Below are positions 47,001-60,600 of a stretch of DNA of 64,000 nt, one piece after another. Within the stretch, counting starts at the first letter, position 1. Every line of letters begins with the position of its first letter. A model generated the notes under the pieces. That model searched no databases, was not told where the DNA came from, and was given only the letters and a program-made list of their open reading frames with translations. Source of the DNA: Lytechinus pictus (lineage: Eukaryota); the NCBI RefSeq assembly GCF_037042905.1, contig NC_087252.1, forward strand, positions 26,724,001-26,788,000, given 5' to 3'. Both the position numbers and the translations under genes were made by a program.

Positions 47001-48135
47001 AAGTAATATTTATCAGAAAACACTTGACCTTATTTTGTCTATTGCGTGTTGCGACACTTGTCCAAGGTCCAAATCATCAATAAATTACTAATAGTCCGGT
47101 CTGTTAGCGTCAAAAACACCCTACTTGTGGACACGGTGGACAAAAGCATGATTTTTTCTCCAGACCTTTGTTTATGTATAAGAATTAAAAATGGGGTATG
47201 CTCCAAAAAATCTGGCTGCAGGAACAGTGAAAAAATGGGTGAAAATGTCAGAATTTATGAGTTTAGATTGGCCTGATATATAGACTAGCGCTAGTGCAAA
47301 ACTCAATAGCAGTGCATTATTTTGCATTGGTTTAGTTCTTGAATTCAGACCCGTTTTGAACAGACGTTCTGTTTGTCCTCACATTCCAATGCACCAAATA
47401 TCTGCATGCAGATCCTAAACAAGCCGAAGGGTGGCAGTGGAGGAGGTGGAATGTTGGTGTGTATGTACATATTTTGTTCTTGGGGTAAAGATGTGCAAGA
47501 CACATTTTTTGCATGTGTTGGAAATTGTGTTGCCATGGTAACAGTGTATTATGGCAAAAATAAGGTAAAAATCTTGCAGTTAGAACTACTTCCTCTGTTT
47601 TCATCCGATTCTCATGAAATTTGGCACACACATTGGTCTTGAGATGAAGATGTCTAAGACACATTTTTGTGTGTCTTTCAGAAATCTTGTTGCCATGGTA
47701 ACAACATATCATTTGGTGAAAATTGGGAAAAAAACTTACAATTCAAACTGCTTCATCAGTTTTCAATCAATTCTCATGAAATTTGGCATAGACATTGGTA
47801 TTAAAGTAAAGATGTACAAGGCACTTTTTGTATGTGTTTCAGAAATTGTGTTGCCATGGTAACAACATATTATATGGCAAAATTTAGATAAAAACTTTGC
47901 AATTTGAACTACTTCATCAGTTTCAAACCAATTCTCATGAAATATGGCCTTGAGGTAAAGATGTGCAAGAACCTTTTTTTGTATTTGTCAGAGAGTGCAT
48001 TGCCTTGGTAACCACATATAGCCAGAAATGCCGGGAAAACTCATTGTGGATCAATCTTCTTCTAAGTTTTCAGCCTGTGCTCATAAAAGTTGACACAAAT
48101 ATTCATTTTGGGTAAAGATTCATATTCAGTGTTAA

Positions 48136-48715
48136 AGGGGAATCCAGCCTTGGTCATAAAATGTTGTGTGGAAAAGGAGAAAAATAAGAATGGTGAAAGT
48201 TTGAAAGAAATCGGACAAGCAAAATAAAGTTATTGCTGCTTTAAAATTGAGATCCCTAAGGCTACTAGTATGTAGATTTCAAATTGGCAACTGGGTAAGC
48301 AAGGCCGCAAGGACAACTTTCCCATTGGCCTTATTGTACTTAATTATCAGGATTTTTGGTTTTCTCCTAAATCCCTATTCCATCGGGGCCGTAATATAAC
48401 CCGGTAGTATAATGTTTTATGTCCTCATGAAAGAAAGATATAATTTGATTTTGAAGTAAAACTTTTGAAAAAGACATTTTAGTCAAATAATTATTCCAGT
48501 ACATGGAAGAGTGGTCCTTGCCTTACATCACTATGACATCACATAAGCGGCCAATTTGAAGTCTTCATGGGTATAGTGATTACCAATGTTTACAACTTTT
48601 ATATATTCACAACTTTCTTATGGTTTGTCCGATATTGTTCAAACTTTGACCAATAAACTTGTCTGATTTTTCCTTTTCCTCTAAAAACAAGTGTTCATTT
48701 GGGTTGGATTCCCCT
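48136..48715. mobile_element. Kolobok-like MITE (inverted copy of 35951-36543)
   Basis: TTAA|AGGGGAATCCA...TGGATTCCCCT|TTAA. Confidence 0.85.
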
Positions 48716-50471
48716 TTAACGTCATATAATAGCGCAGGGTATTAATCAAGTTCAATAATATTTATAGGTTCTTTTTTTTGGGGGGGGTGGAGGAGGTCCT
48801 TAAAAACTGACAACATAAAATATAGAAGGTTAAAGGCCATGACCATTAGGAACTTAAACACTCTTAAAGAAAGCACCCCTTCCATTTTTTTTTTTTTTGG
48901 GGGGGGGGGGCTTTAGAAAATTGCCACATAAAGAGTAAAAGGAAATTATTACAACTAGGAACTTATAACTCCCCCTTCCAAAAAAGGGGGGGAAGAAAAA
49001 TCCTATGCACTTCAGCGTATTAATTTAAAGCCTAAAACATTCTGCTTTGATAAAAAGATCATTTCTGGTGCCCAATTAATCAATGTTTTATATATCTTCT
49101 TCTACTCAGTCTTTGTTCATTTCAGTTTCTACTCTGACTTTCTTACATCACTTTTTTGCACTTTTGACTTTACCATACCTTCTTGTTTTGTTTCCTCTTA
49201 CCCCCCCCCCCCTTGTCTCCCTCTCTAAGTACATTTTTCTTAGCTATTTTAATTCATTACTATCTAGCAACAATCATTCCATTTTGAATGCTTACACCTA
49301 CACCGAAATATAATACCATGACATTTATTTTTTTTCTTCATAATCTTTTTAACTCCATTTTGGCTACACTCTGTCCTGAATAATCCTATTAGCAATATCT
49401 AATGTCTACTTTAAAGAATTGAAGAAATGACTGTCATGATATTATATTTTGGTAAAGGTGCATCAAATTCATATTAACAAGGTTGCAGCATTCAGAATGG
49501 AATAACTGTTGCTTGAAAAAAATGGATTTAGTTGTTTACCAAAAATCCTCTGTGAAAATTTTAGTTTTATCACTGAGTTTCCCCATTCCTGCAGTTACCA
49601 CCATCTGAAAGGGTATGACTAGAATATAATTATTTATAGAGAAATAAAAGTCATCATTTGCTCAATGAACAGTGAATAACTTTGTCTTTACTCCAATGGA
49701 AAATTATTTGCATTTTTTATGACAGTCAGAGTTAGCATCCAACAATTTTGCTACTGAAACATAATATTCATTTTTTGACAATGGGAGATGTAGGATGTAT
49801 AAAGCAGGGGCTGTCACAGAAATATACTGATAAAATTAAATGAAAGAAAATAGAAGGCTAAAATTTATTGTGCACATATGTATATTTTTTATATGGTATG
49901 TTATTGAGTCATGGATTTGCAAGTGAATTTCTAAAACAAGTGCAGATATTTTTGTATATATATATAATTCTATAATTAGTTGCATGATTAAAGGTACACT
50001 TTATAATATGTCAGAAAAAATATACTTGGAGAGAGAGAGTAAAAAAAGGAGAGAGGAAACAGAAGATGGTATGGTGAAGCTCAAAATCAAGAGTGATGTG
50101 ATAAAGTTAAAAAGAAAGAGTAGAAACGGAATATGAATAAAAGACTGAGTAGGATAATATAAATAAACAGTGATTAATTGGGTACCGTAAACAATTTTTT
50201 ATCAAAGCAGAATGCATTAAACTTCAAATGAATGGTCTGAACTCTGAAGTGCAAAGGACTTACCTTTTAAGGGGGGGGGCATTTTTCTGCTGAAAAAAAT
50301 ATAGCAGCCCCCTATTTTTTCGGGGGGGGTTAAGTTCCTAGTCATAATCCTTCAACTTTTACTTTTATGAGCACTGACTAAAAACAGGGGAAGTAGTTTG
50401 ATCCACAATGAGTTTTCCTGCATTTCTGGCTATCATATGTGGTTACCATGGCAATATACTCTCTGACAAAT

Positions 50472-51010
50472 CCGGGGGGGGGGCACTTCCATTGACGAGT
50501 GGATATCATGCACGACCATGGGGTCTCGAAAAGCACCCTAAACACGTATTTTCCATATTCTGAAAATGCACCCCTACCCTTAACAAGTATTGGAAACAAA
50601 ACGATACTCTTGGCAAGTATTCCCTGAAATGAACCCCTAAACAAGTACATATATTTTATTGTCATGTCACGGGTCCGTCGGTCGTCGGATTTACCTTTAC
50701 ACACCATTTGGTTTTAGTACGGCCCCACCTTCCACACCTCGCGCAAATAGGACTCTAAACATGTGGTGTTGGGGCAAAAAGGACATCCTTTATAAAACAT
50801 TTTAATTTTGTTTTATCATCCCCGCAAATTTGACCCTAAACACGTAGCTATCCTAGCGAAATAGATACCCTTTTTTCATTATTTTTGTGTTTTTGACAAC
50901 CTTATCACGTTACGTACGTAATGTGACCTTGAAAAAGACATCCCTTTTACATGTTATTTTGGTCGCGCATGGTATCCACTCTTCAATGTAAGTGCCCCCC
51001 CCCCCCCGGG
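50472..51010. mobile_element. MITE with CCGGG-G(n)-CACTT TIRs
   Basis: ccggggggggggcacttccattgacgagtggata / tatccactcttcaatgtaagtgcccc..ccggg; imperfect ~8-bp duplication tgacaaat/tgacgaat. Confidence 0.75.
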
Positions 51011-52201
51011 TGACGAATGCACACAAAAACAATGGTTCTTGCACATCTTTACCTCAAGGCCAATGTGTGAGCCATATTTCATGAGAATTGGTTTAAAACT
51101 GATGAAGTAGTTCAAATTGCAAGATTTTTACCTTATTTTTGCCATAATACACTGTTACCATGGCAACACAATTTCCAACACATGCAAAAAATGTGTCTTG
51201 CACATCTTTACCCCAAGAACAAAATATGTACATACACACCAACATTCCACCTCCTCCACCGCCACCCTTCGGCTTGTTTAGGATCTGCATGCAGATATTT
51301 GGTGCATTGAGATGTGAGGACAAACAGAACGTCTGTTCAAAACGGGTCTGAATTCAAGAACTAAACCAATGCAAAATAATGCACTGCTATTGAGTTTTGC
51401 ACTAGCGCTAGTCTATATATCAGGCCAATCTAAACTCATAAATTCTGACATTTTCACCCATTTTTTCACTGTTCCTGCAGCCAGATTTTTTGGAGCATAC
51501 CCCATTTTTAATTCTTATACATAAACAAAGGTCTGGAGAAAAAATCATGCTTTTGTCCACCGTGTCCACATAATTTCGCTAACAGACCAGACTATAAGCT
51601 CTCATATTTTTTGTATATCCTGACGTTACACAATTAAAACGTGTTTTGTATTCTACTTTGAGTCAATTTTCTCATTTCTTTTCCTTAATTATTATTGCAA
51701 TCTTAGTGAGTAATTTCAAGAATGGTGTTGGAAACTGTCCAAAGTCTACTTCAGAGCTCATCTCAGCCTGATTCAACTCCAACATTTAACAAAACAGCCC
51801 TGGGGACTACTTGAAATCACCTACCTTGTTTAAAACTTGATAATAAGCGTTCCCCATGGTGTATTTTGCATTTTCATCTTCCATCTTACTTATTATCAAT
51901 GCTGTAAATGTCTTCATTAATGTTTCTCTATCATATCTTACGAAATAATGTATTATAAGTACATGAGTGATTGCATATTTCAATGCTGAGTAGATATAGG
52001 TGCGTATGAGGCAAAAATTGAATAAACAAATAAATATGAATTGTGGTCGTTCATAATATACATATATTGAAAACGTTTGTATAATATGGCACTGTACCAG
52101 TCTGAACATAATTCAACACAGCTTGTTTACATAGCGGATTATGTGAATATATGATTGACACCGAACAATGTTCAAATTTAATAGTGTGAAGATAGTCGTC
52201 C

Positions 52202-53287
52202 TACCAGTCAGACTGCAGGTCCCAAGAAAGTGGCTTCTTTCATCCAAGTGATATTCATGAGATGTTTTGCATATTTAATGAGCTTGATGCGGACCAAAAC
52301 ACCTCTTTTCATTTGGTCATTGCTGCTCTAATTGTGCATCGAATTTCATGAATTTGGTACCTTTGTAAAGAAGAAGAATCATTCTTTCAGGTCATGTGTT
52401 TGGATTTATTCAAAGACTTTGTAATATAGGTTAAATTTTGATCTAAGATATGCTACAAAATAAATATTTTCACCTGACAAAAGCTGCTATTTTCACACTT
52501 TTATTTCTGTTTGAGCCCAAATGATTCTTATATCATGATAAAGCTGAATATGTATGCTTTGAAATGATATAGATTTCAAAATAAGAATTGGTTTAATCGG
52601 GTCAAGATCACACTTTTCATTTGCCAAGTACATACAGCAGCTTGAAAACAAGAATACTGCACTCTGATTGGTCACAGAGACAACACAATGGCAAATTCCA
52701 ACGGTTCCAGTGCCTGGGTTCGTGGGAAGGTCACACTTCCCATGTGGTAATCTCCTCAAATACCCCGCGCCTGTTGTTCTGTGAACCTTATCCAACCAAT
52801 CAGAACTCTGGATTTCATGCAAGTACAAAATTTCAGAAATCTCGTCTTGTACCTTGGTGGGAAAAGTGTGATCTTGACCCGATTAAAAGGTGCCGCATAT
52901 CAAGAGTGGCATTGTGAGAAAGTACAGATGTTCAGCTTTATGGTGATAAAGATATAATTGAGGCTCAAAATATAAAGTTTTGCACAATTTGCAAAAGAAA
53001 ACAGAGGAAGAAAATTCATTTTTTAGGCACATTTTCAGGCCAGAAATTTACTTATTTAACAAAATATTGTATACAAAGTAAATGACCAATATGAAAAAGT
53101 AACTTTTACTCTATCTGATCGTGTAATAATATTTCATTTAACTTGAGGTTAAAACAGGTAAATTCTTAGAGACAGAAAATCTCACGAATCACGATATTTT
53201 GCAAGGAGGAGGATTCAGCCACGAGATGATTTGGATGAATCTGGCCTTTTTGCTCATTAGCATAGGGACCTGCGGTCTGACTGCCTA
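52202..53287. mobile_element. Non-autonomous DNA transposon, possibly Academ-like
   Basis: TIRs cagtcagactgcaggtccc / gggacctgcggtctgactgccta; three related copies in the window; no clear TSD. Confidence 0.7.
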
Positions 53288-54106
53288 CACCGTGGACGTC
53301 TCTATATTGTGAACATAATGTGAACACACCGTGGGACGTGCACTTTGTTGTACAATGTTTATTTTTCGAAAATGTTATTAATATGAATTATGTTAAGATA
53401 TTAGTCTCGCTGATTTCACAAATTTGTTTTTATTGACTTAATCTGCTCGAAGGTCTGACATTTATTTATCAAATGTTATGCCCTTTCTTGGTACTTTGAA
53501 ATACGTTAAGAGATATTCTGAAAATGTTCTCTCAATTAACTGATGAAGATCTTTTTTTAAATCTACATTTGAAGGGGAACATACAATTATTTCATAAGCT
53601 TAACATCCTTTACAATAAAGTATACCCACTGACATCAAATTTTCCCTAAAATAATGTGTTTATGATTTTAATTTTCCATTTCCTAACATGGCATCAAACA
53701 CACCTCTCAGTCTGCACAAGCAAAAACATAACAGACAAACAAGCAAACAAACACGCATTGGTATTTCAAACCACGACTCTCACAGATCTCCATGTTAATG
53801 TTGATGTTAAAGTGCATGAAAACAACAGAAACCGCTAAACTCACTCATCATCACCGAAAAAGAAAACAGTGACCTTAAATATTGTGTCATTTGAATTTTT
53901 GAATTTTGACCTTGCCCCACATTTCGAGGGACTGCACCTCCATGTGAACCATAATCATATCATGTAGGGTATCATTTTAAAGACAATTAAATGATATTTT
54001 TATTAGTATCAATCACACATTTATATTCACCTAAACCAAGGAGGGATTATCGATAAAAATCAGATTTCCAAACTTTTTTAGAGGGGTTCATATATCTAAT
54101 AAAATA

Positions 54107-54880
54107 CAGTGCGTCCCACAAAAAAACGAACCGAGATTTATCGATGATTTATCATAACTTAATCACAAAAACAATAGACAAATGACCTACCATTGTAAAG
54201 CTTAGAATCTCTTCTTTCATCTGAAATTTGAAGAGGGGATACCAAAAATTCATTTGGCGGGCTGTATCTGTGTTTCAAAGAGAAAACCACATTTTTTTCA
54301 ATATTCAATATCTGCTCTTTAATTTGATACCTCAATTACCGAAAATGGTCAAGAAAAAAAAATTTCTGGTTATTTGAAATAAGGCTAGAATTTTAATAAT
54401 TTCATAAAATGAAGAGGTTCTACAGGCTAGCGTTCAAACTCACTCGACACTCTGTTTTGTTGACGATCAGCCATGCATTCAGTCTTTTGTTAACCATGCG
54501 ATAGCTTCTGTGGGAAACCGGTGAAAACACGTTTATTTAATGAAATTATGGAAATACAAGCATTGTTTCGAGTGAACATAACTTTTTTACTTCTTGACCA
54601 TTTTTTGTGATTAAGGTGTCAAATAAGAGCAGATATTGAACTTTTTAGGCATGTGATTTTCTTTTTGAAATTCAGATACCCCCCGCCAAATGAGTTTTTG
54701 GTATCCTTTCTTCAAATTGTTTTTGCTCACTCATGCCTGAATGATAAATTATCTAAGTAATATCAGATAAAAGAGGAGATTCTAAGCTTTACATTGGTAG
54801 GTCATTTGTCTATTGTATTTGTGATTAAGTTATGATAAATCGTCGCTTAATCTCGGTTTCGCTTTTTCTGGGACGCACTA
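54107..54880. mobile_element. Full-length Tc1/mariner-like MITE
   Basis: TA|CAGTGCGTCCCA ... TGGGACGCACTa|TA; long imperfect TIRs. Confidence 0.88.
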
Positions 54881-56959
54881 TATATCAACGAATGTATAAT
54901 TATTGTGTTCGTTCTTTCTTTCTTGAATTATCAACTTTTCACAAAGAATCAACGACTTGGGAAAAGGTTTTCTGGCGATTTACATTTTCTGTATAAAAAT
55001 ATAAATAGATGGTACTCCAGTTTAACGCACATTATTGAACCCTTTACAATAGCAGTAAACGGGCTTTGGTAAAGGTTGCCTTAAAGCATATATGAAAAAT
55101 GAATTGAAAGTGGGTAATAGTCGAGGTTCTTTCATTCAAATATGTTCGGATAGACAAATCACATCTAGAAACAGATTTTTTTTTACCCCTTTGATGAACA
55201 AATTTGACCTCGGATTATGGCAATGCTGCGCGGAATAGATGATACACTCGGATAAATTATGATGGCTATATGACAGATTTTTGATAGCTCTCGATGAAAA
55301 GTTTTCTCTTTATCTGTGCGAGCTTTCTGCCATTCTGGTACTCATCCGGTCTAAACACATGCCAATAAGCTAATCATGAAAGAGTGGATATCATTTACTG
55401 GCCTGTAACAAGGATTTCCATGGGTTGAGCTGAATGATGAAGAGTGGACAATTCGATTTAATTTTATTTTGCAAAATACCAAAAGCAAGAAATTACAAAA
55501 AAAAAACCAGGACGTCTTAAAAGTAGCCTGTGCACGTCTTTGTTGCCCTTTATGTAACTTTATTAAATATATACAATAAATTACAAACAAATATTAAATT
55601 AGTTTTAGTTTAAAAAGCATTACCATTAGCTAAAGGCCTGCACATTAATCATATAAAAAAGCACATACACACACAAACACACATTGAAATAAAAGAATAA
55701 GTGGTGAGGAAGGTGTGAATGAAAGAGAGATAGAGAGAAAAAGAATAAGAGTAGAGAGGAATGTAATGAAAGAATGATAATTCTGAATAAATTTTACATT
55801 TTTATAGCCTTGAAATGAACTCACATTTTCGCCGGATTTTTTGTTCATTGTTTTAGTTTCCATTTCAATCCAATTACTAATGATTTTTTATCTGTCTGAT
55901 ATTCATCACTTTCTAATAGGCCTATTGTAATTTTTTTATTATATTTTATATTTATGATATTCATGTACACTTGCTCTTTAAAAATTATTTATCTATGTAC
56001 ATCAAAAATCCTAACATGTAACTTTTTAAATTGTAATTGTTGCTTTTACCCATGTATGATTTGTGAAGATTTTTTTGTAAACATGCTCATTTCAGCTTTT
56101 TGACTTTGTAAAACGTATTGTTTTTTTATATGAAATAAACCATGATTGAATTGAATAAGATTATATGAAGAAAATAAAAGAACAAAAATGGAAAGAGGAC
56201 TTTTTGTAGTTTCGGATGAAACTTTCGCCAATAGGAAGACCGTAAAAATATTCTAATTAGGATGGAGATCTAAACAATTCTTGCATACGAGCCACGAGAT
56301 GAACATTGTTGGAATTTAGTCCTAAAAGTTGATTTTTTGAACATTTCCAATAAATAATAAAGTATACGAGCGCGAAATGCGAGGTGAAATTTTGGCAATT
56401 TAGACGTAAAACTGGGGCATTCTAAGGACTTTTCTTAATGTGTACCAGGATGGGGCATCTTAATTAACAATATGCAAGCGTAAAACTTAAAAACATTATT
56501 TAAAAAATAGCAATGCATCAAATAAACAATTATTGTTAACGCGAAATGTTTTTTTTTTAGGTTTCTACCTAAAATGGGATATTGTATTCAATTTGGTAAA
56601 TCGGGAAAAAGATGGATATCTTGCTAAATGTTGATATTCCAATCAGAATTCTAAACATTTCCAGCTCATTTTGAAAAAAAGGAACAAGCTGTGTATCTCA
56701 GCACAGATTAATGTGAGCACAAAGAACAAGTTTAAGAATAACACGCAGGGCCATTATGGAGAGAACATCGTTGTTCAAGGACAAGTCCACCCCAACCAAA
56801 AGTTGATTAAAAAATGCCATAACTTTCTTATTTTACATCCGATTTTGATGAAATTGTCAGCGTTATGCTAGTTTGATTTTCCTTTATTTATTCAAATCAA
56901 TTTTTGGTTGGGTTGTACTTGTCCTTTAAATACAAATGATGCGAGCGCGAAGCGCGAGT

Positions 56960-59900
56960 TTGATTGATTGATTGAATGGTTTATTTCAATATTCACTGAA
57001 AATAGCAGCCAAAGGCTGAATTACATTCAGTTTAAAAATGTTATATACAGACATTTTAAAAATATACAAATTGGAATAAAATAGGCAAATATCAAAATGA
57101 AATTGTTCTACAAAATAATTATACATATATGAAATTAATTGAAATACCCAGCATAGAATAAAGAGATAGAATAAAGTACGTGTAGTGAAAACATGTTGGA
57201 ACGAAATACAGAATGAAATAAAAGGAAGAGAGGGAGACAGGAACAAAGTTAAAGAGGTTGGGTATTTAACAAAGATGTAAAAAAATTATCGGTAATAGTA
57301 ATTATAATGCAACAAATGGAAAACTAAGGAAGAAACAAATTATATTGGGATACATGTTTCTAAGTCAGTGCAGCTAAAGTAATTCAGAACAGTTCAACAA
57401 TTACGGAAAATGACATCTTGAAAAACATTATTTAGCATTGTTTTGACATTCAACTACTGTTTATGTAAGAAACAATTATGAAATTATCCAGGTAGGTATG
57501 ATGTGTCATAATGAAATAATATTTTGTCATAAAGGAGTATTTGGATTTAAAAAAAGGAAGTGCCCTAGTAGTTTAATTAAAAGAGCATATATAAAACAAA
57601 TGAGTTCTTGAAAATAAGTGCTTCTATTTACCTATGTATATATCAAAATAAACAAAATATGAATATCAAATGTACGTTACAATAGACAAATTTGGGAACA
57701 GCCAGTGGACATGGTGGAAACATTCAGTTGGGTATGTAAAATAATTATAGATTATTCAATAGATTTACAAGATATGGGATTGCACTGTCTCTTAATCTGT
57801 TTGTTCTGAATCTGGGTAGTGTGTATGGTCTAGAATGCCTTGTTGATCGAATATTCGAGTCTCTGGTTGGCAAGAGATGGCGGAAATGGGATGTTCGCTT
57901 CACCAGGTCTTTCGCGAATGAGAGAGACGTCGATCAGCAAGCGAAGGCAGTTTGAGAACAAAAAGTGCCTGCTCGTAAGATATATAGCTTTCACCTAATA
58001 TAACTCGCAGGGCTCGCTTGTGTATCGACTCAAGTTTTCTTGCTTCCTCCTTGGTGATCCCGGCATTCCAAACGGGGGCCGCGTACTCTGTGACTGGTCT
58101 CACATAGCAAGTGTATATGGTGAGAAGATCAGAGGGTGGGAGGGCAAACTTCTTCAAGAGACGTAGCATGCAAAGCTTGCGGTTGGCACTTTTGAGAATT
58201 TCAGATATGTGTGTACTCCATTTCAGCTTACTTTGAATGCGCACACCCAAGAGCTTGACACATTCAGCCTGATTAAGCAATTCTTTTCCGACTCTGACTA
58301 ATGGGTGAGGTGTTGGATTCCTTGTAAAACAAAACTCAATGGTTTGACATTTCTTTGGATTAAGGTTCATTTTGTTTGTGTGAGACCATTCACAGAGACT
58401 GTCGACTGCCGCTTGGATAGCAGGTTCTTGCTCTTTACCACGATACTCTACAAGCGACAGATCATCAACATACTTGTATGCACAGACATTGGGAGAAATA
58501 GGCCCAAGATTATTACATGCATCGTTAATCATGGTCAGGAAAATAATCGATTGATTGATTGATTGATTGATTGATTCTATTCGTCAAGAATATCACAGGA
58601 GATTACAATAAAATTGAAGAATACCTTGACAGGATAGCCCATGAAAGCCGAAAGGCTTATTTACAATGGGGTCCTATAGTTAGTATAAAACATTAACATA
58701 TTGTAACAAAAAGTATAAACTACGACAAGTACTGGAAAATGGTTTTAAAACAATAATAATGAAATACATACATACATATCCATCAGTCAAATAATATGCA
58801 AACATCTAAAGCAAACAACAATCCTCCTAATATATGAAACAATATTATATTTCAACATACCCTACATTATCTACAATACTAGAAACCAACTGTACAAAAT
58901 ATGTGATTTTTACTGGTTATATTGCTCTCGGGTAGCTTCCAGTTTTAGGGGCTTCTTTAATACACTCTTAAATTGAGAAAATATTTTAACTGCTTTTACT
59001 TGATTGGGAAGAGCATTCCAAGATTGGATGCCATTAAAATAAAAAGTGTTCCCTATATGTCCTTCACGTTTTGGTAATACAAAATTAAAATTACTATTTC
59101 GAGTACCGTACCTATGGATATTTGATACACGGGTGAAATTATTTGCTATACAATGATCTAATGTATCCGAATATAATATTTTATGCACGTGGTGTCATAC
59201 TAATTGTTGTGATCTGTGATCTACATGAAGTAATCCTGCATTTTCAAGTTCTTTACATCCGACATGTGCTCTTGGTCCTAAAACATTTATGTATCTCACA
59301 ATTTTATTTTGAATTATTCTTAGCTTTTTCTTATCCGTAACACCCAGACTACCGTACCAAGCCGCATTAGCATAGTCGAATAGACATTGTGTTAAAGCAA
59401 AGCATAAAATACGTCTAGACTTCATATTCAAACAGGTTTGATATCTATACAAAATTTTCAAGCGTGAATTTGCCTTTTTGACGATTGAGTCTACCAAACC
59501 CGTCCATGATAGGTTATTTGTTAAATTAATTCCCAAATATTTCACTGAATCTTTTCTGTCAATTACCTGATTATTATATGAAACCTTGAAATTGTGTGTA
59601 TATCTTAACTTTCTTTTCGAACAAAATAAAATGCTTTCTGTTTTCCCAACAAGTAAACTAAGCTTGTTGTCAGACATCCATTCAATGCAATTTGCCAGAT
59701 CTGCACTAAGTTTTTTATCAATTATCTTGGGATTTGTATCTGAATATAGCAAGACACTATCATCAGCATATACAATTAATTTAGATTCGTTAATACAAGT
59801 ACACATATCATTGATGTAAGACATAAAAAGAATGGGGCCTAAAATACTTCCTTGAGGGACTCCGCATTTAATAGGCAGTGAATCAGAAAGAACCGTCTGC

Positions 59901-60600
59901 ATGGTAACTACTTGATAATCGGGCCTAGTTTGGTCCCCTGGGGGACACCTCCATTTGTTGAAGTCCAGTCAGAGAGTTGACGTCTATAGCGAACACGTTG
60001 TTGTCTGTTGCTGAGAAAATCACCTATCAGCTCCACTATGCAAGGGCGAACATTGAGTTCAAGCAATTTACGAATTGCAAGCCCATGGTCCACGTGGTCG
60101 AAGGCCTTTGCAAAATCTGTTAGGACAAGGGTGGATGACGACTTCGGCTTATCGGCATTAGTAAGAGACTGATGAGGCAGTGCGAAGTTGACATGCCAAG
60201 TCGATTTCCAAACTGATGTTGATCAACGAAAGGCTTCATATCTTCAAGTGTCCACTTTGCTAGAAAACTCTCAGCCACTTTCGCAAAATGATCAGTGAGG
60301 GAAATTGGCCTGATGCTGTCTAATGTAGTAGGTGACGATTTCGGCACCGGTGTGATTGTGGCTTTCTTCCATACATCAGGGAAAGTTCCACAAGAAAAGG
60401 AACTGTTGATGATTGAGCAAATAAGCATGCTAAGTTCATAAGCGAATTTCTTGATGATGCGGGCATTTACTCCATCGGGTCCACCAACTCGTGATTGATT
60501 TATCGCTTTTAGTTGCCTGTGCACCTCCCATGGTTGTACAAGTGGTACAGGGTGACGAGATGGTAAGTAGGAGGGTACACGTATGTTCACGGCCTCAAAT
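56960..60600 (-). mobile_element. CR1-group LINE A (RT, frameshifted), interrupted by LINE B
   Basis: ORFs 60120-60590 (GPDG, WKKA, RPISLT, QFG), 59908-60093 (GVPQGTKLGP) and 57900-58532 (YVDD, LLGV, EYAAPVW); probable 3' UTR ending in (AATC)n near 56960. Confidence 0.85.
58550..59914 (-). mobile_element. 5'-truncated CR1/L2-group LINE B nested in LINE A
   Basis: ORF 59195-59902 (GVPQGSILGP, YADD, YLG) plus 58910-59188; (AATC)n tail at 58550-58576; 7-bp TSD ATAATCG (58543-58549, 59915-59921). Confidence 0.9.

Larger units (their letters stand above)
47092..51594. mobile_element. Non-autonomous Academ-like transposon with very long TIRs
   Basis: TAGTCCGGTCTGTTAGCG ... CGCTAACAGACCAGACTA, 3-bp TSD TAA; near-identical inverted arms ~47127-47590 vs ~51105-51570, with weaker inverted similarity further inside. 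Confidence 0.88.
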
